Below are positions 17,757 to 28,253 of a DNA stretch of 64,000 nucleotides, piece after piece; the stretch's first letter is position 1, and each line of letters starts with the position of its first letter. A program made the translations under genes and the position numbers. This DNA comes from a virus, in the IMG/VR virus record IMGVR_UViG_3300023174_000065; one strand, written 5' to 3'. The notes under the pieces are model-generated. The model had not been told where the DNA came from. It worked only from the letters and a program-made list of their open reading frames with translations, and made no database searches.

Positions 17757-18836
17757 ATGGCAGATGTATCCAGTGTTAATCGCACCCAAAGTCCAAACGA
17801 GGCCAAGGCTGCAATCCGTAAGTGTTTTAAGGTAAATCGTCCTGTATTTTTGTGGGGACCTCCTGGCATTGGCAAGTCAGATATCGTTCATCAGGTCGGT
17901 GCTGAAAATGGCCGAGAAGTCATTGACGTTCGACTTTCTTTGTGGGAACCAACCGACATCAAGGGCATTCCCTTTTATAATCCAGACAAGGGCGCAATGA
18001 CATGGGCGCCGCCTATTGAATTGCCCAGTGATCCTAATTCCACTGCTATTCTTTTTCTTGACGAACTCAACTCTGCTGCGCCTGCAACACAGGCAGCCGC
18101 ATATCAGTTGATTCTAAATCGTCGAGTCGGTACATATCATCTGCCCAAGGGCGTTAGTATCATTGCTGCTGGCAATCGTGAAAGTGACAAGGGTGTTACT
18201 TATCGTATGCCTGCACCACTTGCCAACCGATTCCTTCACCTTGAAATTAAGGTAAACCACGGTGATTGGCAAGAATGGGCAATTGCTAACAATGTCCATG
18301 AACAGGTAATCGGTTACATTGGATTTGCAAAGCAGGATCTGTACGACTTCGATCCTCGTAGTTCTAGTCGCTCGTTTGCCACTCCTCGATCTTGGTCGTT
18401 TGTTGCTGAACTACTAGAAGATGATGATCTGCCAGAGAACACTCTCACGGACTTGGTATCAGGCGCTATCGGCGACGGGCTTGCTGTCAAGTTTATGGCA
18501 CATCGCAAGATTGCTAGCAAATTGCCGAGACCGGAATCGATTCTTAGCGGCGAAGTTACCGAGCTGAAGGTAAAAGAAATCTCCGCAATGTACTCATTGA
18601 CCATCAGTATGTGCTATGAACTACTGGCAGCAAGTGAGCGAAATGAAAAAGACTGGAATAATCAAGCAGACAACTTTTTCAAGTTCATGATGAACAATTT
18701 TCCTACTGAGCTTAACGTCATGGGCGCAAAGGTTGCACTCACTCAGTACAATCTGCCTTTCGATGCTGCAAAACTCACGAGTTTTGACGAGTTTCATGAA
18801 AGGTACGGCAAGTACATCATCTCGTCAATGGAATAA
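17757..18836 (+). CDS. MoxR-like AAA+ ATPase
   Basis: Walker A GPPGIGKS, Walker B LFLDE, AAGN, PLANRF, FATPRSW. Confidence 0.9.
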   Translation: MADVSSVNRTQSPNEAKAAIRKCFKVNRPVFLWGPPGIGKSDIVHQVGAENGREVIDVRLSLWEPTDIKGIPFYNPDKGAMTWAPPIELPSDPNSTAILFLDELNSAAPATQAAAYQLILNRRVGTYHLPKGVSIIAAGNRESDKGVTYRMPAPLANRFLHLEIKVNHGDWQEWAIANNVHEQVIGYIGFAKQDLYDFDPRSSSRSFATPRSWSFVAELLEDDDLPENTLTDLVSGAIGDGLAVKFMAHRKIASKLPRPESILSGEVTELKVKEISAMYSLTISMCYELLAASERNEKDWNNQADNFFKFMMNNFPTELNVMGAKVALTQYNLPFDAAKLTSFDEFHERYGKYIISSME

Positions 18837-18843
18837 TACCGTT

Positions 18844-18891
18844 AAGGGGCTCGTATGGGCCCCTTGACATTTCAATATGTTAGTGTATAAT
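18844..18891 (+). promoter_or_regulatory. GC-rich hairpin overlapping a sigma70-type promoter
   Basis: AAGGGGCTC-gtat-GGGCCCCTT (18844-18865); TTGACA(18864)-16 bp-TATAAT(18886). Confidence 0.65.
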
Positions 18892-18916
18892 AGTTGAATA
18901 ACAATAGGAGTCTGCA

Positions 18917-20128
18917 ATGTCTGTTATGAAGCAAGAAAAAATCAAGAAGCCAGAAAAGAAAGAATATTCTCGCGAAGAGCAGCACTCGGCGGTGGAAAAG
19001 TTAGTCACTGCACGAATTGGACTACTTCTCCGTCATCCATTTTTTGGAAACATGGCAACTCGATTAAAAATCGTTGATGCATCGGACTGGCTATCTACTT
19101 TAGCAACAGATGGTCGTCATTTTTATTACAATGTAGGATTTGTTAACAAGCTTAGTTCCAAAGAATGTAGCTTTGGTTTTGCACACGAAGTACTTCATAA
19201 TGTATTTGATCATATGGGACGCTGTGAGAGCCGTGACAGAAAGCTTGCAAACATTGCAATGGATTATGCAGTTAATCAAATCTGCAAAGACGAAAAGATA
19301 GGCGAATTTCCAAAATTTATAAGCGTGTTTCAAGATAACAAGTATCGTGGATGGTCATTTGAACAAATCTATGAAGACATTTACGAAAAAGCTACTAAAA
19401 TTGACATTAGTAGTCTTGGTGATCTTTTAGATGAGCACCTTGACGGTGACGGAGATAACGATGGTCCTTCAATTTCGGAAGAAGATCGAAAGAAAATCCG
19501 TGACGAAATAAAAGAAGCAATGATCAGTGCAGCCCATGCGGCGGGTGCAGGCAGTGTTCCAGCTAGTGTTGCAAGACTTATAAACGAGTTTACCGAGCCA
19601 AAAATCGATTGGCGTGAACTACTCCGTATGAATATTCAAAGTATTCTTAAAAGCAATTTTAGCTTTTCGCGAGTAAATCGCAAAAGTCAGATGTGCGGAG
19701 CGGTTCTTCCTGGTATGATCAACGAGGAAACTATTGATGTAAGTTGCGCAATTGACATGAGTGGTTCTATCAGTGATCGACAGGCAACTGATTTTATTTC
19801 TGAAGTCAAGGGAATCATGGACGAATATACAGATTTTAAGTTAAATCTGTGGTGCTTTGATACCAAAGTTTATAACTATGCAGAATTTACCGGAGACAAT
19901 GCCTCTGACATTCTGACTTACAAAGTCAAGGGTGGTGGCGGCACTGATTTTGATGCCAACTTCAAGTTCATGAAAGACAACGATATTGAACCGAAGCGAT
20001 TCATAATGTTCACAGATGGATATCCTTGCGGAAGCTGGGGCGATGAGAATTATTGTGAATCTATCTTTGTAATTCACGGAAGTGAAAACATAGTTCCGCC
20101 ATTCGGGCAATATGCATATTATAAATAA
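18917..20128 (+). CDS. HExxH metallopeptidase-like plus VWA domain protein (MoxR partner)
   Basis: ATDGR, FAHEVLH, MIDAS DMSGS, GGGGTDF, FTDG. Confidence 0.85.
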   Translation: MSVMKQEKIKKPEKKEYSREEQHSAVEKLVTARIGLLLRHPFFGNMATRLKIVDASDWLSTLATDGRHFYYNVGFVNKLSSKECSFGFAHEVLHNVFDHMGRCESRDRKLANIAMDYAVNQICKDEKIGEFPKFISVFQDNKYRGWSFEQIYEDIYEKATKIDISSLGDLLDEHLDGDGDNDGPSISEEDRKKIRDEIKEAMISAAHAAGAGSVPASVARLINEFTEPKIDWRELLRMNIQSILKSNFSFSRVNRKSQMCGAVLPGMINEETIDVSCAIDMSGSISDRQATDFISEVKGIMDEYTDFKLNLWCFDTKVYNYAEFTGDNASDILTYKVKGGGGTDFDANFKFMKDNDIEPKRFIMFTDGYPCGSWGDENYCESIFVIHGSENIVPPFGQYAYYK

Positions 20129-20140
20129 AGTAGATATATA

Positions 20141-20416
20141 ATGGCGTTAATACGTGATAATGCAAATGCATATAATATAACAGGTACAAGAAGACTGTCA
20201 TATATGCCACTGCATTTTGCAAAAATGACACTGAAAGTATCTAGGGTAGATCCAGTTGATATCTGGATCTACCAAAATTTAGATAGCAGATATGCTATTG
20301 TTAAAAATTTACGAATAGATTCAAATAATAAGTTAGTTGAAATTCAAGAATTGGGGATCGAAGATCCAAAAGAACTAACTATATTGAGTCTATCGTGTCC
20401 ATACTTAGACAAATAA
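20141..20416 (+). CDS. Hypothetical phage protein
   Basis: 91-aa ORF preceded by perfect TATAAATA (20120-20127). Confidence 0.65.
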   Translation: MALIRDNANAYNITGTRRLSYMPLHFAKMTLKVSRVDPVDIWIYQNLDSRYAIVKNLRIDSNNKLVEIQELGIEDPKELTILSLSCPYLDK

Positions 20417-20430
20417 CATAGGAGATATAA

Positions 20431-20667
20431 ATGTCTGATCAAAATACAACTGATGTAGCCGCAACCGATGCTACAACTACAACTCCAGAACTAACCATTC
20501 AGGATCTAGGTAACCTTCGTTCAATTATTGATGTTGCTGCCACTCGTGGTGCATTTCGTGCTGCTGAAATGGCAGCTATTGGCACCGCATTTAATAAGCT
20601 CAACGATTTCCTAAACGCTGTTGCTCCACCTCAGGAAAACGAAGATACAACTGCGCCAGCAGCCTAA
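20431..20667 (+). CDS. Hypothetical phage protein
   Basis: 78 aa, AGGAG RBS; LTIQDL...IIDVAATRGAFRAAEM. Confidence 0.75.
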   Translation: MSDQNTTDVAATDATTTTPELTIQDLGNLRSIIDVAATRGAFRAAEMAAIGTAFNKLNDFLNAVAPPQENEDTTAPAA

Positions 20668-20678
20668 GGAGAACCAAC

Positions 20679-21287
20679 ATGAAACACGTTGGTAAAATGA
20701 AAAACAACGGAGCAAAGATTGTAATTGCTTATCGTACAATACCAGGCGATCCGCACTCTGCTCTAGTTATAGGAACACAGGCGCTCATGGACTCTTATCA
20801 CGACTCATTAATGAGTCTTGTTGAATCTGAAACCGGACAACAAGCCGATGAACTTGCGGATGTTATGTCTGTTCGTCGGTTTCCAGATGGTTCAAACATG
20901 CTACACTATGTTCACTCCAATGGATTAATGAAAAAAGTTCCTACCAATGGCGTATTGATTACTCCAGATAATAAAACATCAATACCACTTGATGAACTTA
21001 ATAACATTATTGCTCAACAAAAAGGAGTTTCGCTCAATGAGTTAGCTATCAAGGATGGTTCAAATGCAACTATTCCAACACTAGTAGACTCGAATGAACC
21101 CGTTGTCAAAGATGCTATATCTGATGAAACATTTGAAACATCTAGTATAACTTTGACTCCTGCCGAAATGCGTAGTCGTGCAGATGCACTCTATAAAGAA
21201 GCAGCGAAGTTGAGAAAGGCGGCCGACGAAGTGGATCCGCCCAAAAGTAAGAAAACAGCTACTAAAGACGCTGTTGAAACTGTTTAA
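20679..21287 (+). CDS. Hypothetical phage protein
   Basis: 202 aa, AAGGAG RBS. Confidence 0.75.
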   Translation: MKHVGKMKNNGAKIVIAYRTIPGDPHSALVIGTQALMDSYHDSLMSLVESETGQQADELADVMSVRRFPDGSNMLHYVHSNGLMKKVPTNGVLITPDNKTSIPLDELNNIIAQQKGVSLNELAIKDGSNATIPTLVDSNEPVVKDAISDETFETSSITLTPAEMRSRADALYKEAAKLRKAADEVDPPKSKKTATKDAVETV

Positions 21288-21296
21288 GTTGAATTA

Positions 21297-21325
21297 GAAA
21301 AGCCCTAGTTAGACTAGGGCTTTTC
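21297..21325. terminator. Bidirectional intrinsic terminator
   Basis: GAAAAGCCCTAGT-tag-ACTAGGGCTTTTC perfect 13-bp inverted repeat between convergent operons. Confidence 0.9.
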
Positions 21326-21358
21326 ATTATGGTAAATTAAAAATAAATTAGTTTATTT

Positions 21359-23767
21359 TCATATACCTTCCGCTCTCCATCTAACTCCGGCAGTTCCGGC
21401 TAATCCGCCGCCGCTTGGATCTTGAATAAAAATAGAAACACCCGCAGTAGTTCTAGTTCCAGAAAGTTCTTGAGGATAGTTGTCATAATTATTCTCGCCT
21501 ACGATAACCGCAGTAAGCTGGAGATCATAGTTGGTATTAGGAAATAGAATTGGAAAAATTATATTAATAGGACCTTGATCTGATATACCCGCAGTTAGAC
21601 CATATTGAATTATATATGGATCACCACTTGCATCTGGCATTTTTCTCCAATATCCATTGCTATTTGATCCTGAAGTAAATTGTCCTAAATTAACTGCATG
21701 AAGCCTAGTAGTACCAGATGACACCGATGCCGTTCCATTAACCGTTAACCCAGTAAATGTTGGACTGTTGCTTGTTCCTACATTTTGATTAACTGTATAG
21801 GCTGTAATATTTGCTGCATTTCCACTTATATTACCACTTACATCAGCCCCAGGAATGGTAGCAGTTGTAGTAAATGCAGTTGTTCCACTAGCTTTTAAAT
21901 ATCCAGCAGTAAATGTTACTGCGCCTGAACCACCATTACTAACACCGAGTGTTCCAGTAGTATGTGTGGTTAATCCCACTTTGCCCCAAGTAGGTAAAGT
22001 ATTGATTCCATTTGAAATAACAACATTACCTGAAGCAACTGATGCCAATTTACCAATGGTAGTCGGTGCACTAGCATATAACAAGTCACCTATGCTATAA
22101 CTAGTTAGTCCTGTTCCGCCGCTCTGAGCTAATAACGTGCCGCCCAATGATGCGGTTGCTCCAGTTATAGTAAATTTTAGTCCTAAGTTAGTAGCCGTAG
22201 TAATTGTAGCAGTAGTCAATACTCTATCGGCACTGTCATACAATGCATTTGCAGATAGAGAAGTTAATCCACTTACTGCACTGACCAAACCGACTCGTAT
22301 TGTCCCAGAATTCACAACAGTCACATCAGTTTCATTTGTCGTTCCCAAAACTGCTTGAATTCCAGAAGCAGGAATATTCAATGTATCTGATGTCAAGCAT
22401 TCGAATCCATTTGAATACACCGTATTACCGTAAACTGTCGCGGCAGTCAGACTATTAGTAATTCGAACAGAGTTAGGAAGACCAATCGTGACAGCTCCCT
22501 TTGATGGGCTTGCTGTTACCTCGTTAGCAGTTCCTGCGATTGAAGTAACGCCATAAGTTCCCAAAGTAGAGGATGTTAAATAATTTGCTCCATTAGAAAG
22601 TTGATTATTATTGGTTAAACTGGCTGCCGTCCAAACATTTGAGCCGTTGATTTGAATACTGCTACTTGCTGAAATGGTCGCTACATTAAAAGTGGTAGCA
22701 GTTATTACCGTCGAAAAAATATTGGTGCTTGTTAAAAATGCAGCCGTGACAGTGTTTACATATAAATTACTAAATCTTCGACCAGTAGCAGTCGATCCAA
22801 GTGCCACTGGATAACTTGCGTTAGGTAGAATATCAAGAGAAGAAGCTCCTCCAAGACTAATAACATTAGTATAAGTTCCTGCGATTCCATTGACATTTAA
22901 CAACAGTCTCGATCCACCAATTACACTTACATTTCCGATTACAGAAGAAGTAACATGCATTTGAATAACTCGTTGATTTCCAACCGTTATTCCGGTATCA
23001 TTGAGAGATGTTATTGGATAAGAAACTCCACTTTGAAGATCAAGAGCTTTTACAAAATTTGATGCCGATGAAATTGTTCCATTTGCATTTACCAAGGACA
23101 ACGATGATGCAGCGGTGCCCCAAAGTAAATATTTGCCGTCATTAGTGGACGTAGAACTTACTCCAGTGATAGAATCGGCGCCTCGAAGAGTTATGCCAGG
23201 ATTAATTCTTGTAAATGATGTTGCAATGTCCTGATCGCCCCTAGGCTGAAAGATTGGACCATTTGATATAACTGTTGCAGTTGTACCAGAAACAGCTATC
23301 TTTACAATATTATAAGGCAAACTGTCGTTGCCTAGTATAGTAGTGGTAGGAAGTCCACCACCTTCACTACTTTGAAAATTAGGTATCGTAGTCGGACCAA
23401 TTTTTATCCAGGTTGTACCATTATATGCATACAGTGAGTTGTCTGTATCAAAATGCAGATCACCTGCATTCATTCTCACGGGCGCAGTAGCGCCATAATT
23501 AATGACGCCCATAAACTTGAATCTGGAACCATCATACAGCTTTAGGCGCTTATCAGAGGTGTCAAACCAAAGCTGTCCTACTACTGGTACCTTTGGTGAT
23601 TTATTATTTGCAAAATTTTCTAATAATTTAACAAAATTTTCATTAACTTGTGTACCATAACCGGTATAATTTTTACCAACAAATGTGAGATCAGTGGTAG
23701 TATCCACTGTACCATCTTGTATGATTAAAAATTTTGATCCATTTGATTTGTATAGTGTATATGACAT
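21359..23767 (-). CDS. Tail fibre protein (paralog 4)
   Basis: Shared N-terminal anchor (VGKNY.GYG..NENF..LLENFA...P..GQLWFDT); Gly/Thr repeats GGTGLTS; C-terminal NGYWRKMPD..IIQYG..FPILFPN fibre-tip domain. Confidence 0.8.
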   Translation of the reverse strand: MSYTLYKSNGSKFLIIQDGTVDTTTDLTFVGKNYTGYGTQVNENFVKLLENFANNKSPKVPVVGQLWFDTSDKRLKLYDGSRFKFMGVINYGATAPVRMNAGDLHFDTDNSLYAYNGTTWIKIGPTTIPNFQSSEGGGLPTTTILGNDSLPYNIVKIAVSGTTATVISNGPIFQPRGDQDIATSFTRINPGITLRGADSITGVSSTSTNDGKYLLWGTAASSLSLVNANGTISSASNFVKALDLQSGVSYPITSLNDTGITVGNQRVIQMHVTSSVIGNVSVIGGSRLLLNVNGIAGTYTNVISLGGASSLDILPNASYPVALGSTATGRRFSNLYVNTVTAAFLTSTNIFSTVITATTFNVATISASSSIQINGSNVWTAASLTNNNQLSNGANYLTSSTLGTYGVTSIAGTANEVTASPSKGAVTIGLPNSVRITNSLTAATVYGNTVYSNGFECLTSDTLNIPASGIQAVLGTTNETDVTVVNSGTIRVGLVSAVSGLTSLSANALYDSADRVLTTATITTATNLGLKFTITGATASLGGTLLAQSGGTGLTSYSIGDLLYASAPTTIGKLASVASGNVVISNGINTLPTWGKVGLTTHTTGTLGVSNGGSGAVTFTAGYLKASGTTAFTTTATIPGADVSGNISGNAANITAYTVNQNVGTSNSPTFTGLTVNGTASVSSGTTRLHAVNLGQFTSGSNSNGYWRKMPDASGDPYIIQYGLTAGISDQGPINIIFPILFPNTNYDLQLTAVIVGENNYDNYPQELSGTRTTAGVSIFIQDPSGGGLAGTAGVRWRAEGI

Positions 23768-23779
23768 ATTACTATTTAT

Positions 23780-26359
23780 TTAAAGTTTTATAATTGGCAT
23801 AAGCGCAACGTTCTTAGGCCTAGTCTCATTGCCACCAACTACGCTTGTTCTGCCCTCAGTTGCATCACTGACTCCATCTGTGCCAATATTATAGCTTGAT
23901 CCAGATGATCCTCCAGAAGTGTTTGAAGAAGGAGCAGCTTCTGGATAAGATGACATATTATCATATGCACTATTAACATTCGCAAACATATAATGACTAT
24001 GCGACACAATATCATCAGACTGTGAAGATCCGAACACTCGGCCAGAATCAACTCCTTTGCCTGCATCATGTCCTCTTATGAATTGTCCCCTCAGATCTGG
24101 AACTCTAAATGTGTTACCAGAGCCACCATATGTATATCCTATAGCATTGAACAAATTAAGATATCGACTATCAGTGGTAGAATAAGATCCTCCATTACAA
24201 ATCACATAGCCGTTTGGCAATGCCTGCATGGCAACATAAAATACTGCTCCCGTTGGAACAGGAGGAATAGATGGCAACTGAGATAATAGACGAGCAATGT
24301 AACTAACTATTGCTCGCTGAGTTGCAAGATTTGAATCAGAATTGGCAATCATAAAACTATCAGTATCAATTTTATTGATAGACGTTGAAAACCTGTCTAT
24401 CAAAGTAGATACGGTTAGAGTACTAATTGTTGCAACGGTCGCGGTAACATTATTAAATGTTGAATTTCCTCCAGAAAGTCTAGTAATTGTTGCAGAAGGA
24501 GAATTAAGAGAATTTATAGTAGCATTTACAATTCCTGCAGAATTTACAGTTAAGTTACCACCAATAGTTGCGGTATTTGCATTGAAATTAGAAATTGTTC
24601 CTGTCGGTGCCGTAAATGTGCCACCAGCTGTTATATTATTGACCGATATATTGTTAAATGTGACCGAATTTGAAGTGTTTAAACTTTGATTATACGTGAC
24701 TACTGAAATAGTTCCACTAGATGACACACTAATACCATTGCCAACTTTGATTCCTCCAAGTACCACAGATGATGCGGTATTCAATACATAAGTTGCTGTT
24801 AATGCAGAATATCCATTTATATACACGGCAGGAGCATTGATTGATCCAGTGGCAGTAATATTAACGGCATTGACACTTGTAGCAGTTACTGAACTTATAG
24901 TAGCATTAGTTGCAGTAAATGTTCTGATTGTTCCAGTAGTTGAAATTAAACTACTTGATCTAACAGTTGTTGCGTACAAGTTAAGCCATTGAAAATTGGT
25001 ATTGCCTAATTCATAAGTGTTAGTTACAGAAGGTAATATATTTCCTGTTATATCTGGAGATCCAACAATCGATGTAATTCCAGAAATTACCGAGACATAA
25101 GCCGTATTAAATTTCTTATTTGACAGTCCAATGTTATTACTTAAATTCGAAAGTGGTGAAAATGTAGAATTAGCACTAAGTTGCCAAGCACCTGTTAATG
25201 TGCCTTGATTTGATGAGTTCCCGGTTGACAAGTTTGCAGCAAAAACATTATTAAATCTCAAAGATGCTGTGCCTACATTACTAGAAAGATCTGTGTTTGG
25301 CGAAATTACAGTCGCTGCGTCAATTTTCCAATCTCCACCGATAGTACCGGTTGTTGCTCCACTATCAATGCGTTTTGTATAGACAGAATTATACAAATAA
25401 TCATTTGATCCCAACTCTATTATTGAAGACACCGAAGGTATTAATGTTGCACCATTAAAAATCAAAGAAGTAGTAGTTGTTTTAAACGAAATATCTGATG
25501 TTGTTTTTAATGTCAATGAATTTGCGGACGACTTCCAGCTTATACTAGATTCTTGTGAAGATCCAAAATAGAAAAAGTTTCCAGTATCTACACTCCAATC
25601 ACCTTGTATATGCTCATCGATATTTCTACGAGGATATGATCGATCTAACTGCTCGTGTAATCCATGAAGGACAACGTCAGTTGATAGCGTGGAATACCTA
25701 GTAGAAGAACTATAATTTTTATAAGTCACGCCGCGATAAATTATAGGAAAACCAGCGACTGCATTAGTTGAGGTTTGCACAAAAGTAACATTGCTCTGGA
25801 TGCTAATTACTTCGCCATTGATGATTGTTTGAATAACTGGCCGAGCAGTGCCTGAATTGTCATTCATTGAACGCGAAGACATTTTGGTAGTAGCAAAGCC
25901 TTCTACCAATTCAGGACCAATCAACGAAACATCGGACGCAGTACTAGTTACCAAGTACATCTGTTTAGTAACACTATTTACCCAAAAATCACCAGGCTGA
26001 GATGCTGCAAATGGAATTGCAGGACTTGAGGTTGCATTGGTGAGCGTATCTCTAGCTGATGAACTATATATGGAAACAGCAAGAGGTCTCCACACCCTGC
26101 CATCGTATGCCAGGGGTCTGCATATATTACTATTAGTATCGAACCATATTTGTCCTGTTATAGGACTTATAGGCTGACCACCAACTGCACTAGACCTGGC
26201 AAAATTTTCCAACATATGGAGGAAATTTTCATTCTGAGCATCGCCAAAGTTGGATACATTTCTACCAACCAGTGATATAGATGCATTATTCTTATCAATG
26301 ATATTATCATTTAAAATTAAGAATAATTCATTATTACTCTTGTTTATAACGTAAGACAT
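23780..26359 (-). CDS. Tail fibre protein with tail-collar domain (paralog 3)
   Basis: Same N-terminal anchor; PTGAV...CNG...FRVPDLRGQFIRG collar; SHSH and ETRPKNVAL tip. Confidence 0.85.
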   Translation of the reverse strand: MSYVINKSNNELFLILNDNIIDKNNASISLVGRNVSNFGDAQNENFLHMLENFARSSAVGGQPISPITGQIWFDTNSNICRPLAYDGRVWRPLAVSIYSSSARDTLTNATSSPAIPFAASQPGDFWVNSVTKQMYLVTSTASDVSLIGPELVEGFATTKMSSRSMNDNSGTARPVIQTIINGEVISIQSNVTFVQTSTNAVAGFPIIYRGVTYKNYSSSTRYSTLSTDVVLHGLHEQLDRSYPRRNIDEHIQGDWSVDTGNFFYFGSSQESSISWKSSANSLTLKTTSDISFKTTTTSLIFNGATLIPSVSSIIELGSNDYLYNSVYTKRIDSGATTGTIGGDWKIDAATVISPNTDLSSNVGTASLRFNNVFAANLSTGNSSNQGTLTGAWQLSANSTFSPLSNLSNNIGLSNKKFNTAYVSVISGITSIVGSPDITGNILPSVTNTYELGNTNFQWLNLYATTVRSSSLISTTGTIRTFTATNATISSVTATSVNAVNITATGSINAPAVYINGYSALTATYVLNTASSVVLGGIKVGNGISVSSSGTISVVTYNQSLNTSNSVTFNNISVNNITAGGTFTAPTGTISNFNANTATIGGNLTVNSAGIVNATINSLNSPSATITRLSGGNSTFNNVTATVATISTLTVSTLIDRFSTSINKIDTDSFMIANSDSNLATQRAIVSYIARLLSQLPSIPPVPTGAVFYVAMQALPNGYVICNGGSYSTTDSRYLNLFNAIGYTYGGSGNTFRVPDLRGQFIRGHDAGKGVDSGRVFGSSQSDDIVSHSHYMFANVNSAYDNMSSYPEAAPSSNTSGGSSGSSYNIGTDGVSDATEGRTSVVGGNETRPKNVALMPIIKL

Positions 26360-26369
26360 TTATTTCCCC

Positions 26370-28250
26370 TTACCATGGATTCAGGTCATCCACCCATAAT
26401 GTATTTGATCCGCCGATATCAACAGGATAAGTTTGCCATGCATTTCCGGAAACAACGTATCGCTTTATTGCGCGATTAACTACTAACTGAGCACCTGGGA
26501 AAGTTACATTTGCAACATATCCCGTACTATATGCAATTGCCTGTATCTCATTATTGGTACCATACTGAACAACTCCTGCAGGAGTAAATCCAATAGCATT
26601 ACTAGCAGTTGTCAGTTGCGTCGTGTTATATCTAGTCACTAGAATTCTAGCGATTGCATTATTAGGTATATTTGATCCATCCGGTGGCAAAAGCCTAGTC
26701 AATAACTCAAGAACGAAATCATTCAGATTAGGATCTTCTGAACTATTAGCATGACCAGTGACATCAATGTTCAGAGTGTACTGTCCCACCCTTGCTAAAG
26801 TAACTGCACTATCAACATATTCTTTAGTTGCAACGTGATCTGGAGAATCCGTTCCTGTTGGAGTGGCAACATTACTTAATTTATTTCCGTCAAACTTGAC
26901 ACCATCTGAATTTCTACCTAGTATCAACGGTACATAATTAATAGTACCAATTGCAGAAGCTGATATATAAACTTGTCCTACGCCCAACTGTTGAAGTTGT
27001 CCAAGATTAACTAATCCAGGCGCATCTGTTACTCCTATTCCAAGTGAAGTTTCACTCAGGACAATGTTATTATTAATTCTAAATGATTTGCCAGCAACAA
27101 GTTCAAGACTTTCTGATGATGTCCATGATCCAAATGTGCCGTTTGCAGAATTCCAAAGAAAAGTCTTATCAGTGTCTCCATGTAATATAATACCGCCGCC
27201 ATCTGCGAGATTGTTACTTGGCAATCCCGGTGGTGCCACGTATGCAAGTTCTATAGCTTTATCATCGACTCTGAGATCAGCAGTTGTAACATAAGTTGAG
27301 TTTCCAGTGACATGAAGATTTCCCTGTATACCCACATCACCATTTACATGTAATTTATAGATAGGATTCGTAGTAAAGACACCTAGATTTCCTGAATCAT
27401 TTCTATAATATAAACAACTTCCTGGTCCAGCTAGTAGATTGAAATCATCATTAGAACTAATTGACATGGTGGCAACTTTAGGAGACGATCCCTCTGCTGT
27501 AAACTGAAAATCATTGTTCGTGCCAATTGACAGTCCTTCGTCGTTGAATATATCAATTGGACCATAGAGTAGTTGCAGAGACGAAGTAGATGAAGCTATA
27601 AAATCACCTGCATCAACACTGCCTAACCCATTTGAATTAGCAGATGTGCCGTTTAGTATAACATCTGATGAAAGATTAATTCCAGGAACTACGCTAGCAA
27701 TGCCCATAGTAGTTGCTAAACTTGTACTCAGAGAAAATGTTGAACTAGTTATCAAAGCAATTAATTTATCGTTTGAATAAAGATTGGCAACGGTTCGAGT
27801 TCTAGATAAATTGTCAAGAATATCCTCTACCATTATTCCAGATTTTCCGGTAGCAGAATTATATCCTGGACCAACTAGAGTAAATTGTGTGCCATCCCAA
27901 AAATGCAACTGTTGTCTAACCGAATCTATCCAAAAGTCACCTTCGGCAAGTCCCTCAGGCGCAGTTGCTTGTATAGTGGGACTTCCAATAGGTTTAAAAA
28001 ATTGTGAATTATTATAAACATATATTTTTTGATCTTCTGTATTAAACCAAATTTGACCCACAAGTGGACTTGTAGGTTCTGAGGTGTTTGCAAAATTCTC
28101 CATCAATCTAATAAAGTTATCATTAATGTCAGTACCATATGCATTGACATTTTTTCCAATCAATGTTAAACTAGTAGTGACACTATCCCTTTTTTGATCA
28201 GAAAGAGTTAATAGAACTTTGCCGTTAGATAGTTTTAATATATATGCCAT
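26370..28250 (-). CDS. Tail fibre/baseplate protein (paralog 2)
   Basis: Same N-terminal anchor (IGKNVNAYG...MENFA...GQIWF); VATKEYVD fibre motif. Confidence 0.8.
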   Translation of the reverse strand: MAYILKLSNGKVLLTLSDQKRDSVTTSLTLIGKNVNAYGTDINDNFIRLMENFANTSEPTSPLVGQIWFNTEDQKIYVYNNSQFFKPIGSPTIQATAPEGLAEGDFWIDSVRQQLHFWDGTQFTLVGPGYNSATGKSGIMVEDILDNLSRTRTVANLYSNDKLIALITSSTFSLSTSLATTMGIASVVPGINLSSDVILNGTSANSNGLGSVDAGDFIASSTSSLQLLYGPIDIFNDEGLSIGTNNDFQFTAEGSSPKVATMSISSNDDFNLLAGPGSCLYYRNDSGNLGVFTTNPIYKLHVNGDVGIQGNLHVTGNSTYVTTADLRVDDKAIELAYVAPPGLPSNNLADGGGIILHGDTDKTFLWNSANGTFGSWTSSESLELVAGKSFRINNNIVLSETSLGIGVTDAPGLVNLGQLQQLGVGQVYISASAIGTINYVPLILGRNSDGVKFDGNKLSNVATPTGTDSPDHVATKEYVDSAVTLARVGQYTLNIDVTGHANSSEDPNLNDFVLELLTRLLPPDGSNIPNNAIARILVTRYNTTQLTTASNAIGFTPAGVVQYGTNNEIQAIAYSTGYVANVTFPGAQLVVNRAIKRYVVSGNAWQTYPVDIGGSNTLWVDDLNPW

Positions 28251-28253
28251 AGG

